Shown piece after piece: positions 1 through 8,617 of a stretch of DNA of 64,000 nt. Location: contig OMJM01000031.1 of NCBI GenBank assembly GCA_900299345.1, positions 14,788 to 78,787 on the forward strand. The letters run 5' to 3'. A program made the position numbers and the translations under genes. Under the pieces are notes generated by a model. It was not told the DNA's origin. It made no database searches and saw nothing but the letters and a program-made list of their open reading frames with translations. Each line of letters begins with the position of its first letter. Position 1 is the first letter of the stretch. This DNA is from a bacterium. Its GTDB lineage: Bacteria; Fibrobacterota; Fibrobacteria; UBA11236.

Positions 1-214
1 GCATTACCACACCTTGACGGGAGCGCTGAAACTTTTGGGTGGTGGATTTCTGATTGGATTCGGTACACGCTGGGCACGCGGTTGCACCTCCGGCCACGCC
101 ATCATGGGCTTGTCCAGCTTTCAAAAGCCGAGTTTGTACGCCGTACTATCCTTCTTCGGTGGTGGCCTGTTGGCAGCGGCTGTGGCAAAATTCCTGATCG
201 GAGGCGGGCCGTGA
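1..214 (+). CDS. YeeE/YedE family (DUF395) membrane protein, 5'-truncated at window edge
   Basis: Frame contains GCTSGH motif typical of YeeE/YedE sulfur-transport-type half proteins; hydrophobic Gly-rich TM segments; stop TGA 212-214 overlaps GTG start of next gene (GTGA). Confidence 0.6.
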   Translation, partial: HYHTLTGALKLLGGGFLIGFGTRWARGCTSGHAIMGLSSFQKPSLYAVLSFFGGGLLAAAVAKFLIGGGP

Positions 215-621
215 AACACCTCCGCTACCTGTTGCTGGGTGCTTACTTCGGAATTGTCCTGACGAAATCCGAAGTGACGACGTGGCACAAGATCCGGGCA
301 ATGTTCTACTTCCGAGAACCCGACCTTTATCTCATCATCGGGTTGGGTGTCGTCGTCGGTTCCATCTGCGTGTGGTTCGTCCGCCGCTCCAAACCGACCA
401 CGCCGTTCGGCGAGCCCGTGGTGGTACAACCCAAACCCATGCACAAGGGTGTTTTCTTCGGAAGCTTTCTGTTTGGAATCGGATGGTTTATCGCGGGGAC
501 CTGTCCCGGCCCGATTTACGCGCAACTGGGCGGCGGAGAATTCTTCGCCGTTTTCACGTTGATTGGAGCCATCATAGGAGCTTACGCCTTCGCGTTGCTT
601 AAACCCAAGCTTCCCGATTAG
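211..621 (+). CDS. YeeE/YedE family (DUF395) membrane protein, second half
   Basis: GTG start at 211 in frame with ORF 82..621; contains GTCPGP motif (CPG variant of the YeeE/YedE Cys motif); multiple TM helices; forms split pair with upstream gene. Confidence 0.6.
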   Translation: MKHLRYLLLGAYFGIVLTKSEVTTWHKIRAMFYFREPDLYLIIGLGVVVGSICVWFVRRSKPTTPFGEPVVVQPKPMHKGVFFGSFLFGIGWFIAGTCPGPIYAQLGGGEFFAVFTLIGAIIGAYAFALLKPKLPD

Positions 622-1148
622 TTCTTGTTTCGGCGAGTCAAGACGAAGACTGCGCCACCGATCAGCCCCAAAACCGCCACTGCAATCAACCCGTAGCCCG
701 CTCCAACCGGCCGTTTAAATACGGCCGTAAACACGATGGAGAACATCAGTACCGTGGCCGCTTCATTCCAAAGCCGCAACGATTTCGAAGACCATTTGAA
801 GACGCCACGGGCCAATTGTTTGCGGATACGACTGCAAATTCCGTGATAGCCGAAAAGCAAAAAGAGCAAGGCCAGTTTAACGTGGAACCACGGCTGAGTC
901 CAGGCATGAATCTGCCACATCAACCATAAACCAAACACGGTGGTTCCGATCAAGGCTGGATTGACGATGGCAAGCCATAGCCGCCGCTCCATCAAAGTGT
1001 ATTGGGGAATCAGCACGGCGCGTTCATGTTCTGGTTTTTCCAGCGCTTCAACGTGATAGATGAAGAGGCGCACGCTGTAGAACAAACCTGCGAACAGGCT
1101 GATGACGGAAACGAGATGAAGGGCCTTGGCCCAGGCGTAAGCATCCAT
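618..1148 (-). CDS. hemJ: HemJ-type protoporphyrinogen IX oxidase / CopD-like membrane protein
   Basis: N-terminus MDAYAWAKALHLVSVISLFAGLFYSVRLFIYH closely matches HemJ family N-terminal consensus (..KAFHIIAVV.WFAGLFYLPRLFVYH..); 4-5 TM helices, about 176 aa. Confidence 0.65.
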   Translation of the reverse strand: MDAYAWAKALHLVSVISLFAGLFYSVRLFIYHVEALEKPEHERAVLIPQYTLMERRLWLAIVNPALIGTTVFGLWLMWQIHAWTQPWFHVKLALLFLLFGYHGICSRIRKQLARGVFKWSSKSLRLWNEAATVLMFSIVFTAVFKRPVGAGYGLIAVAVLGLIGGAVFVLTRRNKN

Positions 1149-1151
1149 ATA

Positions 1152-1829
1152 TTATCCGATCAGACCCTTGACCTTGCGAGCCACGGCCTGTCCCAGTTTG
1201 AGATGTTCCCCCGCGTCGAAATGAATGCCGTCGAGTGGACTGGAGACGATCACTGTGGCGGTATCAAGGAAATCGCACCCCGCTTCTTTCGCGACAACCG
1301 CGTAATATTCCCCGAGCCGCAAGGATTTCGCTTCGGCTCCGGAGAACATCTCCAGATAATAACCTTTGAGCTTGGCCACAGGTGGTGGAGCCATGAGCAA
1401 AAGCGCCGGGGATTTTCCCTTGATTCCGGCGCCGCTGGAGTTGATCATTTTGACCAGCAACGCGGCACCTTTGGCCACATCCTGCGCCGTGACCCCGAAA
1501 CGAACCTTCAAATCGTTGACGCCCAGCATCAACACCACCATGTCCAACGGTTGATGACTCCAAAGACAGGGAAGCAGATAGTCTTTCCCATTCCGATATT
1601 CCTCAAAGGGATCATTCTGCACCGTGGTGCGTCCGTTCAGACCTTCTTCAATGACATCGTAACCCTCTCCAAGGGTTTTCGCGAGCACTCCAGTCCAGCG
1701 TGTGTCCTTGGGATAGCGTGTACCCATGCCGGGCGCAAAACCCCATGTGTTGGAATCACCGTAACAGAGGACGCGTTTCACGAAAGCCAAGATAATTCCT
1801 CGGCCCCCATTTCCTAAGTTTGCATTCAT
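1152..1829 (-). CDS. SGNH/GDSL-family hydrolase (lipase/arylesterase-like)
   Basis: VLCYGDSNTWG (GDSxx block I), LMLGVNDL block, C-terminal DxxH-like region; start chosen at MNANLG (ATG 1829-1827), alternative GTG start downstream possible. Confidence 0.7.
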   Translation of the reverse strand: MNANLGNGGRGIILAFVKRVLCYGDSNTWGFAPGMGTRYPKDTRWTGVLAKTLGEGYDVIEEGLNGRTTVQNDPFEEYRNGKDYLLPCLWSHQPLDMVVLMLGVNDLKVRFGVTAQDVAKGAALLVKMINSSGAGIKGKSPALLLMAPPPVAKLKGYYLEMFSGAEAKSLRLGEYYAVVAKEAGCDFLDTATVIVSSPLDGIHFDAGEHLKLGQAVARKVKGLIG

Positions 1830-3024
1830 GTCCGTTGATCCCAAAGCCTGGCAAACCCTGACGCGTGGAGTGGTGGAAATTCTCGGCGAAGAGGAACTGA
1901 AATCCAAACTCGCCAAAGGCAAACCGCTCAACATCAAACTCGGCGTGGATCCCACCGCCCCCGACATCCATCTCGGCTTCACCGTGGTCATGCGCAAGCT
2001 GCGCCAGTTCCAGGATTTGGGTCACCGCGTCATCCTCATCGTGGGCGATTATACGGCTACGGTCGGCGATCCCTCGGGGCGCAACAAGACGCGGCCCATT
2101 CTCAGCCACGCCGAAGTGCTGGCCAACGCCGAGACCTATAAGCAGCAGTTCTTCAAGATCGTAGATCCAAAGCGGACCACGGTGGTGTACAACGGTGATT
2201 GGTTTTCGAAAATGACTTTCACTGAGGTCACAAAACTGTTGGCGCAAATCACCGTGGCACAAATGCTCGAGCGCGAGGATTTCAAAAACCGCTACGAGAA
2301 CGGGCAGCCAATTTCGCTGCATGAGTTTCTCTACCCGCTGATGCAGGGGTACGACTCGGTGATGATCGACGCCGATGTGGAACTCGGAGGCACGGATCAG
2401 AAGTTCAACGTACTGCGCGGCCGCGAACTGCAACGTGCTCTGAACAAGGAGCCTCAGGTCGGAATGTTCCTGCCCATCCTGCTCGGCACCGACGGTCGCG
2501 AAAAGATGAGCAAGAGCCTCGGCAACACCATCGGTGTCAATGAGCCGCCGCAGGCCATGTACCACAAGCTGTATTCATTGCCCGACTCGCTGGTGGAGAG
2601 CTATTTCCAACTACTCACGAATCTTCCCATGGATTCCGTGCAAGCTCGATTGACCGATGTGAAATCCGGAAAACTCAATCCGAACATCGTGAAGGACGAA
2701 CTGGCGCGCAATATCGTGGCGCAATACCATGGAGCTGAAGCTGCGGAAAAAGCGGCGGAAGAGGAAAAGAAAATCCACTCCGGGGAAATTCTTCCCGATG
2801 ACATTCCTGTCCATCACGTCGCTGCCGGTGAACATTGGATCCCCACCTTGATGACGCAAGCCGGATTGGTGAAAAGCAACGGCGAAGGCCGACGCCTGAT
2901 CGAAAACGGTGGCGTATCCTTTGACGGCGAAAAAGTGACGGATCCCAAGGCCAATGTCCGGGTTTCGGGCGAGCATGTATTGAAATCTGGCAAGCGCGGT
3001 TTCGTCAAGATTCAGGCGATTTAG
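1828..3024 (+). CDS. tyrS: tyrosine--tRNA ligase (type with C-terminal S4 domain)
   Basis: HLG-type class I signature (PDIHLGF), KMSKSLGN motif, C-terminal S4-like RNA-binding region; 398 aa. Confidence 0.95.
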   Translation: MSVDPKAWQTLTRGVVEILGEEELKSKLAKGKPLNIKLGVDPTAPDIHLGFTVVMRKLRQFQDLGHRVILIVGDYTATVGDPSGRNKTRPILSHAEVLANAETYKQQFFKIVDPKRTTVVYNGDWFSKMTFTEVTKLLAQITVAQMLEREDFKNRYENGQPISLHEFLYPLMQGYDSVMIDADVELGGTDQKFNVLRGRELQRALNKEPQVGMFLPILLGTDGREKMSKSLGNTIGVNEPPQAMYHKLYSLPDSLVESYFQLLTNLPMDSVQARLTDVKSGKLNPNIVKDELARNIVAQYHGAEAAEKAAEEEKKIHSGEILPDDIPVHHVAAGEHWIPTLMTQAGLVKSNGEGRRLIENGGVSFDGEKVTDPKANVRVSGEHVLKSGKRGFVKIQAI

Positions 3025-3141
3025 CCGAAAATCCGCAATCAATCTGTAACTGTTCGAATATTTCGAATGGTTTTTTGAGAATCTTGTGGCCGTTATCGCC
3101 GGGATGCGTCATATTTGGGGCATACATACGGAGGTGGCCTT

Positions 3142-4611
3142 ATGAGAAGCATCTTCCTGTTTGTTGTCGCGTCAACGTTCATTCTGTCCAACGCCGCCAC
3201 TATCGGTGGCATTGTCGGTGCCCCAGCGCCCGGAACTCCGGTTGCTGGGGTAAAAGTTGTTCTCATCGACGGTAACAGCAGTGGTCCCCGCATCGACTCA
3301 ACCGTCAGCGACACTTTAGGTCAATACACTTTTTCAAACGTATCCACAGGTGCAAAGACAATACAAGCGGATAAATCCGGCTACAACAAAACTACGGTGC
3401 TAATATCCATCAATACTACGGGACAAGCGCTCATCCAAAACCTCAACATCACCATTAACAACAAAACATCCTCTTTTGTGGGGGTTGTTCGCCGTGCTTC
3501 AGATTCAACTCTGGTGGCTGGAGCCACGATAACCTTGACCGGCAATGCGGAAACCGGACGAAGCGTCACTACGGCTGCAAACGGCAGTTACCGGTTCGAC
3601 AGCGTGGGAACAGGGACGGGTTATACCGTAACCACTACGTTGACGGGCTACAACAATACCAGTGTGGGCGGCATTACCGCCACATGGAATGCAACTACGA
3701 CTATCGGCACGATGTACTTGACCCGCAATCTGGGTTCACTGTCGGGAATCATCCGACGTACCGACAGCACAACGATCCCGATTTCCGGGGCCAAGGTGGT
3801 TGTATTGCTCGGTTCCACGAAAGTGGACAGCGCCACTACAAACACGAACGGTCTGTACACTTTGATCCTGAACGCAGGAACTTACAACGTTCGAGTCAGC
3901 AAATCCGGGTTCAAAAGCAACCGCGGATTCCCGACTCGTGACACGACGAGTACGGTGATATTCAACAGCACGGTTACATTGAACATGAACCTCACTCCTG
4001 CCGCTTCCACAATTACGGGAACAATTACGAGCCGCAACACTACGAATACGGTGAGCGGTGCAAAAATCGTCTTACAGCGTCGCATGGGAAGCAATCCCGC
4101 TCCTGCCGGCAACAATACATGGTACAACCTCGATTCAACGGTCACCGGCGCCAATGGCGTTTATACTTTCACAAACCTGATTGCTGCGGGCCCCAATCCC
4201 GCTACTGCTGGGCAGTATCGGGTACTTGTCTCTTCGACTTCTGTTGCTTTCGTGTCATATCCCAATGGCACAACAGAAACCAATACCGACACGATGACCG
4301 TTGCCATCGGTGGAACGCGGATATTCGACGTGTCCGTGTGCCTCGGATTCGTCACTCCTGAGAACCCTAACCCCTGCCCTTCAGGAATACTGCCTAAAAG
4401 CATGGGGCAAGACTCCCGAAATATTCGCTTGATGCCTTACGGCAATAACTTGATCTTGAGCGTGAATCCTTCCACTTATTCTTATCAAATCTCCATCGTC
4501 GACCTGACCGGCGTCCAACGTCATACCGTCAACATCCCCGCCGGTGAAACACAGGCAGTGGTTCCGGCGATGTTCGCGCCGGAGAACGGGTATTTGCTTC
4601 TGCTGAAGTAG
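3142..4611 (+). CDS. secreted protein with repeated carboxypeptidase-regulatory-like (CarboxypepD_reg) beta-sandwich domains and T9SS-type C-terminal sorting domain
   Basis: GGAGGTG RBS 6 nt upstream of ATG 3142; signal peptide MRSIFLFVVASTFILSNAA; >=4 repeats of pattern ..G.KVVL.....TD..G.YtF..v..G.Y.v...; C-terminus NNLILSVNPSTYSYQISIVDLTGVQRHTVNIPAGETQ..LLLLK resembles Por-secretion tail. Confidence 0.65.
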   Translation: MRSIFLFVVASTFILSNAATIGGIVGAPAPGTPVAGVKVVLIDGNSSGPRIDSTVSDTLGQYTFSNVSTGAKTIQADKSGYNKTTVLISINTTGQALIQNLNITINNKTSSFVGVVRRASDSTLVAGATITLTGNAETGRSVTTAANGSYRFDSVGTGTGYTVTTTLTGYNNTSVGGITATWNATTTIGTMYLTRNLGSLSGIIRRTDSTTIPISGAKVVVLLGSTKVDSATTNTNGLYTLILNAGTYNVRVSKSGFKSNRGFPTRDTTSTVIFNSTVTLNMNLTPAASTITGTITSRNTTNTVSGAKIVLQRRMGSNPAPAGNNTWYNLDSTVTGANGVYTFTNLIAAGPNPATAGQYRVLVSSTSVAFVSYPNGTTETNTDTMTVAIGGTRIFDVSVCLGFVTPENPNPCPSGILPKSMGQDSRNIRLMPYGNNLILSVNPSTYSYQISIVDLTGVQRHTVNIPAGETQAVVPAMFAPENGYLLLLK

Positions 4612-4652
4612 CCCAAAACAAAAAGTCCCGATGCCTTTCGACACCGGGACTT
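4611..4652 (-). terminator. putative rho-independent terminator for the Gfo/Idh/MocA gene
   Basis: 8-bp stem AAGTCCCG/CGGGACTT (4623-4630 / 4645-4652) with 14-nt loop; on the minus strand it is followed by TTTGTTTTGGGC. Confidence 0.4.
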
Positions 4653-4672
4653 CAAGATTCCGACAATCCAGA

Positions 4673-5803
4673 CTACTTCGACATCGCCCAATCGGGCATG
4701 CGCAAAATCTCTCCGCCCTTCAGGGCCGAATCGTGTGCCAAGATTCCCGTGCAGGTGATATTGGCCGACTGCACCGCATTCGGGAACGGCTGGCGGTCTT
4801 TCGCCAGTGCATCCAGGAACTCATGGCACAGATGGGGATGTGAACCACCGTGGCCGCCACCTTGGGCGAAGGACAGATGGGAATGTTCATCGTCGTACAC
4901 GCCCTTGGTGGTGAAACCTTGGATCTCCGCAGGCAGACGATGCGCAAAGTCGGGGCACACCACCTTCGAGGGAATCTCCGGCTCCGGCTTCTTGGCGGTA
5001 TGCACCACCAGCGGTTCGTTCTCGACCAGCGGCCATTCCACACCCTGCTTGTCACCGTACACGTCAATGCTCTCGCGGTACTGGCGCGCCACGTCGAACA
5101 GCGAGCGAATCACGCGTGCCGAAAGATCCGAATTGCGGAACTTCAGGTGCGCAGTCTCCACCGCGAAAGGCGACTTGTAAATGGGGATCATTTCCGCGCG
5201 GATGGTGCCCGATCCGAAGCAGGATACGAATTCCACGTCTGCGCCAGCGAGGCCGACCATGGGGCCGACGCAGTGCGTCGCGTACCACATTGGCGGCAGG
5301 CCGGGCCAGTATCCGGGCCATCCGTCCATGTCCTGCTGATGGCTGGCCTGCAGATATTGCAGCTTGCCCAGTTCGCCTTTGTCCAGTTTTTCCTTCATGT
5401 ACAGATACTCGCGGGAATACACGACGGTTTCCATCATCATGTATTTCAAACCGGTCTGCTTCACGAGATCCACAATCTGCTTGCACTCGTCGAGACTCGT
5501 CGCCATGGGCACGGTGCAGGCTACATTCTTGCCAGCCTTCAACGCCTTGATCGACATCCAGCCGTGATCGGGAATGGGACTGTTGATATGCACGAAGTCC
5601 ACATTCGGATCCTTCAGCACGTCATCGAAGTTTGCATAGCGTTTTTCCACACCGAAGGCGTCCGCAATTTCCTTCATCTTCGCTTCATTGCGTTGGCACA
5701 CGGCGTACATGTTGGCAAGGGGATGACGCTTGTAAATCGGAATGAACTCGGCACCGAAACCGAGTCCTACGATGGCGACGTTGTATTTCTTCTGCTGGGC
5801 CAT
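4673..5803 (-). CDS. Gfo/Idh/MocA family NAD(P)-dependent oxidoreductase
   Basis: N-terminal Rossmann motif KYNVAIVGLGFGAEF, EKP-like region, typical length 376 aa; family-level call only. Confidence 0.85.
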   Translation of the reverse strand: MAQQKKYNVAIVGLGFGAEFIPIYKRHPLANMYAVCQRNEAKMKEIADAFGVEKRYANFDDVLKDPNVDFVHINSPIPDHGWMSIKALKAGKNVACTVPMATSLDECKQIVDLVKQTGLKYMMMETVVYSREYLYMKEKLDKGELGKLQYLQASHQQDMDGWPGYWPGLPPMWYATHCVGPMVGLAGADVEFVSCFGSGTIRAEMIPIYKSPFAVETAHLKFRNSDLSARVIRSLFDVARQYRESIDVYGDKQGVEWPLVENEPLVVHTAKKPEPEIPSKVVCPDFAHRLPAEIQGFTTKGVYDDEHSHLSFAQGGGHGGSHPHLCHEFLDALAKDRQPFPNAVQSANITCTGILAHDSALKGGEILRMPDWAMSK

Positions 5804-6086
5804 AAAGGCGTTCCTTCCGATCTGGTAGTTTGGGGAAGTCTAAGCTGCTTTTTTACCCGAAATTCGTCAATTTTTAATTGAATCGGAAGCAAAACATGTC
5901 AAAAATATCCTAGAAATACGCGCCCCACTGAAAAATTCAAGAACGATAATCTACCAAAGCCCTCATTCAGCGAAATTCGCCAAGCGTGCTGGCGAAAAAC
6001 GTATTATATTCCCTTCACTTGACACCCTCCTTGCCAGCAAGGAACTACAAGTTTTGAATCACAGACGCAATCACGGGGGAGATCCA

Positions 6087-8390
6087 ATGCCGAGAAATTA
6101 TCACATGTTCAAAGTTTTAAGCCTTTCGCTGGTCGGACTTTTCGGGGCCGTCATGGCGACACCTCCTGTTCTTAAAACTGGAGCCTGCCCGACCTTCACG
6201 CGCAGTGCTCCAGCTTCTGGCGACAACTGGGGCCAGTTTCCTATCAAGCCGACAACTGCGTTCGTCACAGCCAACTGCTCTGGTGCAGCCTGTACGCAGC
6301 AAGATCCCCTCCCGACCAATCAATCGATCAACTGCATTCAGGTTCCCTCCGGTTTGAGAGCAGAACTGGTTGCTTCCGAGTTGACCCCGGGTCCCGCGCC
6401 CAGCTTGGGATACCTGATGTATATCTCTTTTGACGAGCGTGGCCGCGTCTGGGCCGCGGAGCCCCGCGATTACCCGGCCATTGCCAACGATCCGAATCCG
6501 ACCAACCGCATCACCGGCGGCAAGGGCCGCATCCTGATTCTTGAGGACACCGATGGCGACGGCTCTCTGGACAATTACAAGGTGTTCTATGACGGCCTCG
6601 TCATGCCCACCAGCCTTGAAGTCGTGAACGGCGGCGTTATTGCCACCGTCGAACCACTCGTGGTTTTCCTCCCAAAGAGCACGACCAATCCGGACACTGC
6701 AGGTGCGCCGATCACCTTGTTCTCCGGTATGGGCAGCACGGGCAATACTTGGGACACCCATGGTGGAACCAACAGCATTACTTCCGGACTCGACAACTGG
6801 TACTACGGCCACCTCGGGTATAACGGCGGGTGCAGCGTCAACGGTGTGACCTGCGCCACGGGCGGTGTCTGGCGCTTCCGACACACGGCCATCGGCAGCC
6901 TGACAACAACGTTCCAGGCCTTTTCCACCAGCGGCCCCGCAAATGCCCACGGCGTGGGTCAGATGGAAGATGGACAAATCTTCCAGTCCGGCGCCACCGG
7001 AACTCCGCATAACAACCACGCCATCCGCCGTGGCGTTGCAGCGGTGAACATTCAAGTCAACGGCACCTACTATCCCATCACCGGCGACCGGTATCTCTGG
7101 GAAGGCTCGACGGGTATGACGAATGGTCAGTTCACTTCGAATACCACTGCTTCTTCAGGCCACGATTTCTACACCGCACGCCTGCTGCCTCAGAAGTACT
7201 GGAACACCCGTTCCTTCGTATGTGAAGGTGCCAGCAAGTTGTGCAACCAGGACAGCATGGTGATCAATGGAAGCACTTGGACCGCCGCGCGCATGCCGGG
7301 CCCGGTTACCTCCAACATTTTTGCTTCCTCCGACGCATGGGTCGCTCCGATCAAAGTGCGCACCGGACCTGATGGCGGCCTCTGGGTTGTGGACTGGCAC
7401 AACTACCTGTTCCTTCACAACCCTGCCACGCCTGCGACCAATGCGGCGTGGAACAACGCGCTGCGTACCAAGACGCGCACCCGCCTGTATCGCATCGTTC
7501 CGGATGACGGCCATACCGATCCCGTCCTGAACCTGTCCAACGCCACCACGGCGCAGTTGGTGGCCACGTTGTATCACTCCAACTTCGTGTGGCGTATGCA
7601 GGCCCAACGTCTGTTGATCGGAAAGGGCTACACCGCCGAACTGGGCGATTCTTTGCAAAGCATCCTGACCAACCACAAGACCGTGGATGCGGTCGGCATT
7701 GATGGTGCCGTCATTCACGCAATTTGGACGTTGGAAGGCCTGAACCGTTTTGTTGTGGATTCCACCCGTTGGGCTCCCATTCTGAAAAGCCTTCTCCTCC
7801 ACCCTGCATGGGGTGTTCGTGAGAACGTGTTGAAGGCGATGCCTAGAACTGCAACATCGGCACAGGCCATCAGCGATCAGTGCGCAGCAGATGATCCTCA
7901 TGCCCATGTCCGTTTGCAGGCCTATGTCGCCTTGGCTGAAAGCCCTGCCGCCACATCCGGAGCCGTGCAAGGCCATTATCGTGCCACTGATACCTACTCC
8001 TCTTCAGCTTTCGATGCGGCAGGAGCATCCAAACTGGCTGCTGCCACGCCGGCCAATACGCGGCCTACAAGCTGCCCCGACATCCAATCGACTGTCGCGC
8101 TCAGTCACGGTTCGGATCTAAAGAACACACAAATGGCCAACCCAATGCGCTTTACCATGACGCGTAACGGCTTTGAATTGGATCATCCTTATGGTAAGCT
8201 GTCTTCTGGCGATTTGGTGGTGTATGACATCACCGGTAAGGCGGCTTTCCGCTCCAGCTACAACTCCGCCACAGAGGCGTGGTCGACGACCACTGCGAAG
8301 GGTCTGAACATGTCCGTTTACTTCTATTCGTTCCATGGAACGAATGGGGACAAGTTCGAAGGACGCCTGCTCACAAATCAAGAATTCTGA
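6087..8390 (+). CDS. secreted beta-propeller ('membrane-bound dehydrogenase domain'-like) protein with C-terminal HEAT-like repeats and T9SS-type C-terminal domain; paralog A
   Basis: GGGGGAG RBS before ATG 6087; signal peptide MFKVLSLSLVGLFGAVMA; motif GRILILEDTDGDGSLDNYKVFYDGLVMPTSL matches the DTDGDG block of TIGR02604-type propellers; HEAT-like helices (..AIWTLEGL..LLLHPAWGVRENVLKAM..HAHVRLQAYVALAE); C-terminal ..LVVYDITGKAAFRS..MSVYFYSF.. tail. Confidence 0.65.
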   Translation: MPRNYHMFKVLSLSLVGLFGAVMATPPVLKTGACPTFTRSAPASGDNWGQFPIKPTTAFVTANCSGAACTQQDPLPTNQSINCIQVPSGLRAELVASELTPGPAPSLGYLMYISFDERGRVWAAEPRDYPAIANDPNPTNRITGGKGRILILEDTDGDGSLDNYKVFYDGLVMPTSLEVVNGGVIATVEPLVVFLPKSTTNPDTAGAPITLFSGMGSTGNTWDTHGGTNSITSGLDNWYYGHLGYNGGCSVNGVTCATGGVWRFRHTAIGSLTTTFQAFSTSGPANAHGVGQMEDGQIFQSGATGTPHNNHAIRRGVAAVNIQVNGTYYPITGDRYLWEGSTGMTNGQFTSNTTASSGHDFYTARLLPQKYWNTRSFVCEGASKLCNQDSMVINGSTWTAARMPGPVTSNIFASSDAWVAPIKVRTGPDGGLWVVDWHNYLFLHNPATPATNAAWNNALRTKTRTRLYRIVPDDGHTDPVLNLSNATTAQLVATLYHSNFVWRMQAQRLLIGKGYTAELGDSLQSILTNHKTVDAVGIDGAVIHAIWTLEGLNRFVVDSTRWAPILKSLLLHPAWGVRENVLKAMPRTATSAQAISDQCAADDPHAHVRLQAYVALAESPAATSGAVQGHYRATDTYSSSAFDAAGASKLAAATPANTRPTSCPDIQSTVALSHGSDLKNTQMANPMRFTMTRNGFELDHPYGKLSSGDLVVYDITGKAAFRSSYNSATEAWSTTTAKGLNMSVYFYSFHGTNGDKFEGRLLTNQEF

Positions 8391-8413
8391 GACCCCACTT
8401 TTCCTAAGAAAAA

Positions 8414-8448
8414 GGCCTTCGGGGATTCCCCGGAGGCTTTTTTCTTTG
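8414..8448 (+). terminator. rho-independent terminator after paralog A
   Basis: 11-bp stem GCCTTCGGGGA/TCCCCGGAGGC (one G-U pair) with 1-nt loop followed by TTTTTTCTTTG. Confidence 0.65.
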
Positions 8449-8617
8449 ATAACGGAAAATTCAGGATTTCGAAGGTACTTGTAGAATTCTACCCCAAAAA
8501 CCATCACCCGACCTTATATTTGAAGGGCTCGGTTATCCTCCATCTACGTTTTTGGCCGCGATAATCAAGATTATTCCGAAAATTCGGGAAACAAAAATTT
8601 CTAAGGAGAGGGTGAAC

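Noticed and set aside
121-525. 134-aa minus-strand ORF and overlapping +2/+3 ORFs (282..602, 347..562) inside the YeeE/YedE genes
   Set aside because: Out-of-frame overlaps with a gene that has clear family motifs. Arg/Pro/Gly-rich composition is typical of GC-rich shadow frames.
3115-3141. Longer N-terminal extensions suggested by the ORF track (3115 MGHTYGGGL..., 6054 MNHRRNHGG..., 8552 MAAIIKIIPK..., 31255 MSGMAFYANL..., 37996 MNTGGVHL...)
   Set aside because: Internal ATGs preceded by Shine-Dalgarno-like GGAGG/GGGGGAG sequences and followed immediately by canonical signal peptides are better starts; the extensions lack RBS and would place the signal peptide internally.
4850-5881. 343-aa plus-strand ORF antisense to the Gfo/Idh/MocA gene (also 4698..5180, 5064..5486, 5116..5550)
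   Set aside because: Entirely antisense to a well-supported gene; His/Arg/Leu-rich low-complexity translation; no RBS.
6117-7055. 312-aa and 273-aa (7155..7976) minus-strand ORFs antisense to propeller-HEAT paralog A; 350-aa ORF 8768..9820 antisense to paralog B
   Set aside because: Shadow ORFs of high-GC coding sequence; the sense-strand frames carry the conserved motifs and signal peptides.
8461-8530. Bacteroidota-type promoter (-33 TTG / -7 TAnnTTTG) upstream of paralog B, suggested by TATATTTG at 8515-8522
   Set aside because: No TTG at the expected 19-21 nt upstream spacing (nearest TTG is 33 nt away), so the match is incomplete and not reported as a feature.
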